This document shows, in pieces, positions 18,254-24,000 of a stretch of DNA of 24,000 bases; position 1 is the stretch's first letter, and each line of letters starts with the position of its first letter. The position numbers and the translations under genes are program-made. Source of the stretch: Sporosarcina sp. ZBG7A (lineage in GTDB: Bacteria > Bacillota > Bacilli > Bacillales_A > Planococcaceae). The stretch spans positions 1-24,000 of the forward strand of contig NZ_JWIB01000018.1 of NCBI RefSeq assembly GCF_000813425.1, read 5' to 3'. The notes beneath the pieces were generated by a model. It was not told where the DNA came from and searched no databases. It saw only the letters and a list, made by a program, of their open reading frames with translations.

Positions 18254-19138
18254 TTATGTGATCGACTGACCTTCGCGACGGAAGAAACCAAAAATGCCTA
18301 CAGTCTGAACGATATTTGCAAAAGCATGTGGATCGACTTCATTAATTATTTTTTCCAAATCGTACAGTTCATATCGTGTTATGACTAAGTACATCATATT
18401 CTTTTCTTCTTTCGTATATCCACCTTTAGCAGGCAAGATTGTAATTCCTCTCACCATCTGATTATGAATGGCCTCCTGTAGCTCGTCTGCTTTACGAGTT
18501 ACAATCATGGCTGTCACTTTCTCATGACGCGTATGGATCGCATCAATTACTGCAGTGGATACATAAAGGGCGACCATCGTATATAGCGCATTTTCCGGTT
18601 CGTATAAAAATCCAGCTGCCACAATAATGATCCCGTTCAGTAATAAGAAATAGGTTCCAATCGGCTTATCTTGTAAACGGGACAATACCATTGCAACGAT
18701 ATCCATTCCTCCTGTAGAAGCTCCCAGTTTCAGGGAAATCCCGACGCCAACCCCTCCGATAACTCCGCCAAATACAGCATTGAGGATAATATCATCAGAT
18801 AACGACATTACAGGAAGAACCCCCATAAAAATCGTTGTAAATATTACAGAAACGATACTGTAAATGGTAAAACCTTTCCCTACTTTAAACCATCCCAGTA
18901 TGAAAACCGGAACGTTCAATACTAAGAGGAGCACCCCTGTAGAGACAGTTATTCCTGCAAAATCAGAAAGAACACTTGAGAGTAGTTGGGCAATCCCTGC
19001 AAAACCACTTGCGTAAACGTTCGCGTTAATCAGAAATAAGTTCAATGATACCGCTAATAATAACGCACCTAAAATAACGGTAACGATTCGTTTAGCTTCA
19101 ATAAAAAACATCACACATCTCCTTTCAACTATAGCCAT
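18254..19138 (-). CDS. YitT family membrane protein (DUF161/DUF2179)
   Basis: 294 aa: multi-TM N-terminus, FGGVIGGVGVGISLKLGASTGGMDIVAMVLSR, C-terminal GITILPAKGGYTKEEKNMMYLVITRYELYDLEKIINEVDPHAFANIVQTVGIFGFFRR. The start is likely nearer 19111 (MFFIEAKR, RBS AAAGGAGATGTGTG). Confidence 0.95.
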   Translation of the reverse strand: MAIVERRCVMFFIEAKRIVTVILGALLLAVSLNLFLINANVYASGFAGIAQLLSSVLSDFAGITVSTGVLLLVLNVPVFILGWFKVGKGFTIYSIVSVIFTTIFMGVLPVMSLSDDIILNAVFGGVIGGVGVGISLKLGASTGGMDIVAMVLSRLQDKPIGTYFLLLNGIIIVAAGFLYEPENALYTMVALYVSTAVIDAIHTRHEKVTAMIVTRKADELQEAIHNQMVRGITILPAKGGYTKEEKNMMYLVITRYELYDLEKIINEVDPHAFANIVQTVGIFGFFRREGQSIT

Positions 19139-19164
19139 AATTTTTTTTAGTGAATTAGAGAAAC

Positions 19165-19226
19165 AAAAAAAGTCCTGTCAGACGGAGAAGACAAGGACAA
19201 TCCGTCACACCTTTACTATAAAGGTG
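19165..19226 (-). promoter_or_regulatory. Putative transcription attenuator / leader RNA of the yitT-like gene
   Basis: Minus strand: hairpin CACCTTTA-TAG-TAAAGGTG (19226-19208), helix GACGGA/TCCGTC (19206-19201 with 19186-19181), and alternative terminator GTCCTTGTC...GACAGGAC-TTTTTTT (19198-19165). Confidence 0.6.
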
Positions 19227-19249
19227 AGTCAACCATCTATTCAAATGCT

Positions 19250-19278
19250 ATTATAACTAGCATACCCTCTCTATGCAA
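19250..19278 (-). promoter_or_regulatory. Sigma-A type promoter of the yitT-like gene
   Basis: Minus strand TTGCAT (19273-19278), 17-nt spacer, TATAAT (19250-19255). Confidence 0.75.
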
Positions 19279-19452
19279 TCACAATCCATACTTTCGACAG
19301 GTAGTTAACTATTGCAAAAAATCGAGTTACGTCGTATGCTTCATTAGTTAGAGACTAATAAATGATTTGAGAAAACATTTCTTGTAGAGATGCGTCCTAC
19401 TTATCAAGCAACAAACCGCATATTTGCGGAACCAACTACAGGTGGTGGCACT

Positions 19453-20442
19453 ATGAACCGTTCTGAACGCAGAACTCGTAAAAAAAAGAAAAAAATCTGG
19501 GTGATTCTACTCCTATTATTCCTCCTTATCGGTGGTGCGGCCTATTTTTTGATTGATCAGTTTAAAGCTGGACAATCCCTCGCAGGCGAAAAACCTAATA
19601 AAGGTGAAGAAGATATATTTAACGCTCCTGAACCACAATATGGGGAGATCAATATTTTACTATTAGGATCAGATGCTCGTCCAAATGACGATGAAGGACG
19701 TTCTGATTCACTGATGATTGGACACTATAATCAGGACACGAAAGAATTGAAAACAGTCTCCGTCATGCGTGATATTTACGTCGATATCCCCGGGCACGGT
19801 AAACATAAAATGAATGCAGCTTACTCATTGGGTGGCCCAGAGCTTGTTCGTCAAACGATCAAAGAGAACTTAGGGATAGACATTCATTATTATGCAGAAG
19901 TCAATTTCGATGGTTTCCCTAAGATGGTCGATGTTATTGCTCCCGATGGAATTGAAGTCGATATCCCCTATAAAATGTCTCACGGCATTAACATGACGCT
20001 AGAACCCGGCGTTCAACGTCTTAACGGGAATGAATTGTTAGGTTATGTACGATTCCGGCATGATAGCAAAAGTGATTTCGGTCGTGTGGATCGACAGCAA
20101 GAAGCTCTAGCCAAGTTAAAAACCGAAGCTTCAAGTCTACACAGTATACTAAGTCTTCCTAAGTTACTTGGAATGGCCGACAGTTACGTACACACAAACC
20201 TAGATAAGAAAACTATGATTTCAATCGGCAAAGGGTTGTTGAGCAACAAAGAATCTGGGATAGAATCCATGCGTTTGCCAATTGACGGGTCTTATGAAGA
20301 TCAACGGATTCCAGGTGTCGGTGCAGTCCTAGCTATAGACTTTGATGAAAACACGCAAGCACTCAAAGACTTTTTATCAGCTGATTCTGGTGCTTCCGTT
20401 ACATCTGACAAGCCTGTAGAGGTCAAAACAGATAGTGAATAA
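19453..20442 (+). CDS. LytR-CpsA-Psr (LCP) family protein, probable cell-wall polymer ligase
   Basis: MNRSERRTRKKKKKIW + TM, then INILLLGSDARPNDDEGRSDSLMIGHYNQDTKELKTVSVMRDIYVDIPGHGKHKMNAAYSLGG, NGNELLGYVRFRHDSKSDFGRVDRQQ. Track ORF starts at 19390; 19453 is more plausible. Confidence 0.95.
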   Translation: MNRSERRTRKKKKKIWVILLLLFLLIGGAAYFLIDQFKAGQSLAGEKPNKGEEDIFNAPEPQYGEINILLLGSDARPNDDEGRSDSLMIGHYNQDTKELKTVSVMRDIYVDIPGHGKHKMNAAYSLGGPELVRQTIKENLGIDIHYYAEVNFDGFPKMVDVIAPDGIEVDIPYKMSHGINMTLEPGVQRLNGNELLGYVRFRHDSKSDFGRVDRQQEALAKLKTEASSLHSILSLPKLLGMADSYVHTNLDKKTMISIGKGLLSNKESGIESMRLPIDGSYEDQRIPGVGAVLAIDFDENTQALKDFLSADSGASVTSDKPVEVKTDSE

Positions 20443-20456
20443 GCTAATATATTGTA

Positions 20457-20492
20457 AAAGACGTTCAGCCACATTCGGCTGAACGTCTTTTT
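20457..20492. terminator. Bidirectional terminator
   Basis: AAAAGACGTTCAGCCACATTCGGCTGAACGTCTTTTT. Confidence 0.92.
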
Positions 20493-20976
20493 ATGGTGTC
20501 ATCTTTTTAATAATCTCTGTATGTTGAGGAAACTGTTCTATCAACTCTTTTTCCGTGAACAATTTGAAATCCTCAAAATCAAATCCAGGCGATACCATAC
20601 ATCCCACGAGTGCATAGTCTCCACTTTCAATCATAGAAGAACCAAATACAGCCCCCGCAGGAACGAGGATTTGCGGTTGTTCTCCTTTTTCTAGGTCCAA
20701 TCCTAGTTTCACTGATGAATACTCTCCATCAGTTGAAATCATATGGACGGTTAAAGCATTTCCATCGTGATAATACCAAAGTTCGTCTGACTGGAGCTGA
20801 TGAAAATGAGAAATTTCCCCATCCGCTAACATGAAGTAAATACTTGTATAAAGCGGTCTGGTTCCCGTAGGTGTTTCAATTTTGCTTCCAGCTGCAAAAG
20901 AGCTAGCGAAGCTGCCACCTTCCGGATGGGTTTCTAACTTCAACTGTTTTGTCCAATACGCTGCATTACGTTTCAT
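20491..20976 (-). CDS. DUF985-family cupin domain protein
   Basis: 161 aa: AYWTKQLKLETHPEGGSF, YTSIYFMLADGEISHFHQLQSDELWYYHDGNALTVHMI, VPAGAVFGSSM, YALVGCMVSPGFDFEDFKL. Confidence 0.93.
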   Translation of the reverse strand: MKRNAAYWTKQLKLETHPEGGSFASSFAAGSKIETPTGTRPLYTSIYFMLADGEISHFHQLQSDELWYYHDGNALTVHMISTDGEYSSVKLGLDLEKGEQPQILVPAGAVFGSSMIESGDYALVGCMVSPGFDFEDFKLFTEKELIEQFPQHTEIIKKMTP

Positions 20977-21745
20977 GTATGTTTTCCTCCTCTTTAGTTA
21001 AGTAACGGTCACGCCAACTTGAACGCTCATTGGTATGCACAAGTTGTTCCAACGTTTCATCCCACTGTTCTGTAAACGTATTCCAAATTCTCGCATATAA
21101 GGCATCCTGATTTGTATTGTAGATGTGAAATTCGAAACAAGGTATTTGAAACTGCTCGATTTTTTCAACTTTCAATACTTGTTCCACGACTCGTTGTCGT
21201 TCCATAGTATTGTCCTGTTCTACTAATGCAGCAAGCTCCGACTGCAAGGAATCAGTAGAAATGTCACTTGTAGCCCATTTACTTGGATCCTTTTCATATC
21301 GGAAGGGATCAAGATTTTCTTGAAGAGGTTGAGATTTCTCTACATCCAGGAATTCGTTGTGAAGTGGACTTACTACAAGTACCGACTCTTCCGCTTCCGT
21401 TTCATGAAGGAGCATTCCGGTAGTCAATTGGGAAACTCCTAATTCTGTAATTGACCAGATGCCTTTATTCACTACAAGTCCTGCACCTTTCATAATGGAA
21501 AGAAGATCTTCAACAAATAATAATTCAACACCTAACAATTGGGCAAGTTCATCTGGACGTTCTATGCTAAGTTGTTGCACAGACATCAACATCATTTTCA
21601 TCAAAACATCCATTTTGGTTTTCGTTACGGTAGTGTAAGAAACAAGCACTTTGTGTGCTGTGAATCCCCACGATTGGTCAGCTAGGACTTTACAATCCAA
21701 TGATTGTTGCAATTCTTTTTGCAGTCGTTTTTTCAACTCTTCCAA
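20966..21745 (-). CDS. Uncharacterised protein linked to the helicase gene; possible winged-helix region
   Basis: 259 aa, TTG start after GGGAGGGGAAACTCAAA, begins 21 bp after the helicase stop codon. No recognised family. LAQLLGVELLFVEDLLSIMKGAGLVVNKGIWSITELG resembles a wHTH. Confidence 0.75.
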   Translation of the reverse strand: MEELKKRLQKELQQSLDCKVLADQSWGFTAHKVLVSYTTVTKTKMDVLMKMMLMSVQQLSIERPDELAQLLGVELLFVEDLLSIMKGAGLVVNKGIWSITELGVSQLTTGMLLHETEAEESVLVVSPLHNEFLDVEKSQPLQENLDPFRYEKDPSKWATSDISTDSLQSELAALVEQDNTMERQRVVEQVLKVEKIEQFQIPCFEFHIYNTNQDALYARIWNTFTEQWDETLEQLVHTNERSSWRDRYLTKEEENIHET

Positions 21746-21766
21746 TTTGAGTTTCCCCTCCCGTCG

Positions 21767-24000
21767 TTAGGTAACGGATTCAGTAATGGATCGGATACCA
21801 CCTTGCCTGCTGATTTCGTCGTAAAGATGTTGGTACATATCACGAGTCATTTTCGATTTAGGTTTGTTGATGAACATGTCAGAACTCCCGACAATCATCA
21901 GCAGTTCTTTCGCTCGAGAGAGTGCGACATTGAGACGTCTATAGTCCTTCGCAAAACCAATCTCACCACTCGCCTCCCCATGATTCCGAACAAAACTAAC
22001 AATGATGATGTCCATTTCCATCCCTTGGAATTTATCGACGGAACCAGTTCGGAACGTCAAATGCTCTGTCTGTAGTTCCTCTTGAATAAGCTGATTGATG
22101 CGTTTAACTTGCTCCCCGTAGAAGCTGATTACGCCAACTTGTTTCTTCGAATTTACTGGAATTTTGCCTTCTTCAATCGCTGTTGCCGTAGCCTGATCCA
22201 AGTCTTTTATCATGTCACGAATGGCTGACAGTTCACTTTCATTGTAGCGGCTTGTACCACCTTTTGGCTTCGCTTCATAGTAATCAGGCGAATTAGGTTG
22301 ATCAATCCAAAGTAGATGATCTTCAGGTCCAATAATATCTGTTTTAAGATGATGTGCTCGTGCCGCATCAGAATCAGGAAGGCCGCAAAGGAGCTCATAG
22401 CCGTTTTCATTGTAGAACGGCGTGATCGACTTCATGATGCGTTCGTGCATTCTGTATTGAATACCTAACATCGTCTTATTTTGCTTCGGCAACGTTCTGA
22501 ACAACCGTTCAAATAGAGATTCTTTCAAAAGACGCTCCATATCTTTTTTCTGTTCATCATCAGGCATTTCTTCTAAGAACTCTTCCATCGTTTCTTGTCC
22601 AACAAGTGGTGGGAGCTGATGATGATCACCTACGAGCACGATTTTTTTCCCTTTTAGCATCGGGAGTAACAATTCAGGTGGGGTTGCTTTTGAAACTTCG
22701 TCAATAATGACTAAATCGAATACCGGATATTCTTCTACAAATTCTTTACGAGCGGAAGCGACACACGTAGTGCCGATCACATTTGCGTGTTTGACATATA
22801 ATTTCCGGATTTCGTCCAAATCATAAGGGCTTGCTTCTGTAAGCATCTGATGCCACATTTTTTGAACAGATTGGATGGCTGGAACGTTCGCTAATTGCTT
22901 AGTAACCAACTCTAATTGTTGTTCCACTTCTTTTTCAGCTTGCGCATTCTCAGTCAAAAGTGGAGCTGGGTCATTTAATAAAGATTGTGTAAGCTTCCCT
23001 TCCTGCGTCTGCCTCTCACCAATAGTAACGTTGAGTTCATTCAGTTGCTCATATTGTTCAATTTCTAGGTTTGAGTATGATTGGAGGGCAGCTCGAATTG
23101 TCTCCCTTTGTTCAAGAGCTTTTTCAAGACCTTGCTTTGTTACTTCCAAGGATTTCTCTGCTTCCAGAGTGTCTTTTATAGTTTTGGATATAGCTTCATG
23201 TGAAATTTCAACCTCACTAAGAACCGTAGCTATCGCTTCAGGTGACGAAGTTTCATCACTCAGATATTGGACCTCTGACAGTTGCCCGTTTAACTGGTCA
23301 AAACGACCTTGCAGTTGCTTATGTTTAGCCGTTAATGTTGAAAGGTTCTCATTGAAGACTTCTGTTACTTTCTTTTTAATGTCTTCAAACAACGAAGTCG
23401 TGGATTGTGCTTCTATAAGAAACGCAGAAATGAAATTCTTGCGATCATGCAGTAACCCCACCGCTTTTGTTAAGTTTTCCAGACAATCATAGGATTCCAC
23501 TGAAAAGGACGTTGTGCTTAAAATCTTTTTCACATTGGGCTGAACTAAATAACGTCCAACCCGACTAACAGTTTCTTGGATTGACTGCAGAGAATGGCGA
23601 TTCCTGAATCCTTTTGGAATGCGTATACGATTATGAAATTGATGCTCTTCCAGGATTTTTGTTACGGTAGTAATTGCTTTATCAACTCGGGCAACCGTAT
23701 CAGACCACGCTGTAAAGCTCTCTTCTCCTCCCACTTCTTGAATTCGATCAATTTGACGTATCAGCTCGGTCATCTTGTGATCTAGTTGTGGAGGCGGAAC
23801 AAACTCAACTTCGTCCAAAAGATCTTTCAAATCGTTCAACTTTCCTACTGTCGTCATTTTAATAAGAGCTTTTTGATAAGATTCAATTCGTGCTAATGTA
23901 TGGTCAATTGAAGTCTGCAACTCATTTACTTGTGCAACCATTTCAGTTAACGATTGACTCGTTTTGAGTAAGTCAATTCGCTCTTTTAGTTGTTTGCGTT
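21767..24000 (-). CDS. SF1 helicase, DNA2/NAM7 (UPF1-like) type with long coiled-coil insertion; 5' end truncated by window edge
   Basis: FDLVIIDEVSKATPPELLLPMLKGKKIVLVGDHHQLPPLVG (motifs II/III), MLGIQYRMHERI (IV), GSVDKFQGMEMDIIIVSFVRN (V), RRLNVALSRAKELLMIVG (VI). The frame stays open from the track start at 23941 to base 24000 (RKQLKERIDLLKTSQSLTE-M), so the N-terminus and Walker A lie off-window. Confidence 0.93.
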   Translation of the reverse strand, partial: RKQLKERIDLLKTSQSLTEMVAQVNELQTSIDHTLARIESYQKALIKMTTVGKLNDLKDLLDEVEFVPPPQLDHKMTELIRQIDRIQEVGGEESFTAWSDTVARVDKAITTVTKILEEHQFHNRIRIPKGFRNRHSLQSIQETVSRVGRYLVQPNVKKILSTTSFSVESYDCLENLTKAVGLLHDRKNFISAFLIEAQSTTSLFEDIKKKVTEVFNENLSTLTAKHKQLQGRFDQLNGQLSEVQYLSDETSSPEAIATVLSEVEISHEAISKTIKDTLEAEKSLEVTKQGLEKALEQRETIRAALQSYSNLEIEQYEQLNELNVTIGERQTQEGKLTQSLLNDPAPLLTENAQAEKEVEQQLELVTKQLANVPAIQSVQKMWHQMLTEASPYDLDEIRKLYVKHANVIGTTCVASARKEFVEEYPVFDLVIIDEVSKATPPELLLPMLKGKKIVLVGDHHQLPPLVGQETMEEFLEEMPDDEQKKDMERLLKESLFERLFRTLPKQNKTMLGIQYRMHERIMKSITPFYNENGYELLCGLPDSDAARAHHLKTDIIGPEDHLLWIDQPNSPDYYEAKPKGGTSRYNESELSAIRDMIKDLDQATATAIEEGKIPVNSKKQVGVISFYGEQVKRINQLIQEELQTEHLTFRTGSVDKFQGMEMDIIIVSFVRNHGEASGEIGFAKDYRRLNVALSRAKELLMIVGSSDMFINKPKSKMTRDMYQHLYDEISRQGGIRSITESVT

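Noticed and set aside
22210-23785. ORFs inside the helicase gene (22210..22410 -, 22875..23492 + of 205 aa, 23594..23785 +)
   Set aside because: The 205-aa antisense ORF is long but Ser/Cys/Phe-rich, mirroring the Glu/Gln/Leu-rich coiled-coil codons of the helicase; a typical antisense artefact.
21767-23941. Taking the helicase start at 23941 as given in the track
   Set aside because: The reading frame continues without a stop to base 24000 and motif I (Walker A) is missing, so 23941 is an in-frame internal ATG rather than the gene start.

Overview
The 24 kb window comes from a low-GC Firmicute chromosome, Bacillales/Planococcaceae-like by protein flavour (inference). Most genes are on the minus strand. 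Confident calls are a T-box leader at the left edge (probable Tyr specifier, its gene off-window), a Lnu(B)/Lnu(F)-like lincosamide nucleotidyltransferase, a haem catalase, an isochorismatase-family hydrolase, glmS with its glmS ribozyme, a type II NADH dehydrogenase with a DUF1641 partner, a Cu/Zn SOD lipoprotein, an HmoB-like monooxygenase, a YunC-like DUF1805 protein, a YitT-family membrane protein, an LCP (LytR-CpsA-Psr) protein, a DUF985 cupin, and an edge-truncated SF1 (DNA2/NAM7-like) helicase with a closely linked uncharacterised partner. Several small membrane proteins and lipoproteins lie between them. I see no CRISPR array, tRNA, rRNA, intact transposase or prophage. The most interesting items are: (1) a 50-codon uORF with a strong Shine-Dalgarno that reads through the glmS ribozyme; (2) a short leader upstream of the yitT-like gene with two mutually exclusive helices, one a terminator; (3) the coiled-coil SF1 helicase plus companion pair at the right edge; (4) a GC-rich ~134-bp dispersed-repeat-like element flanked by similar AT-rich arms; (5) a chromosomal lnu-like gene. 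None is proven novel from sequence alone.
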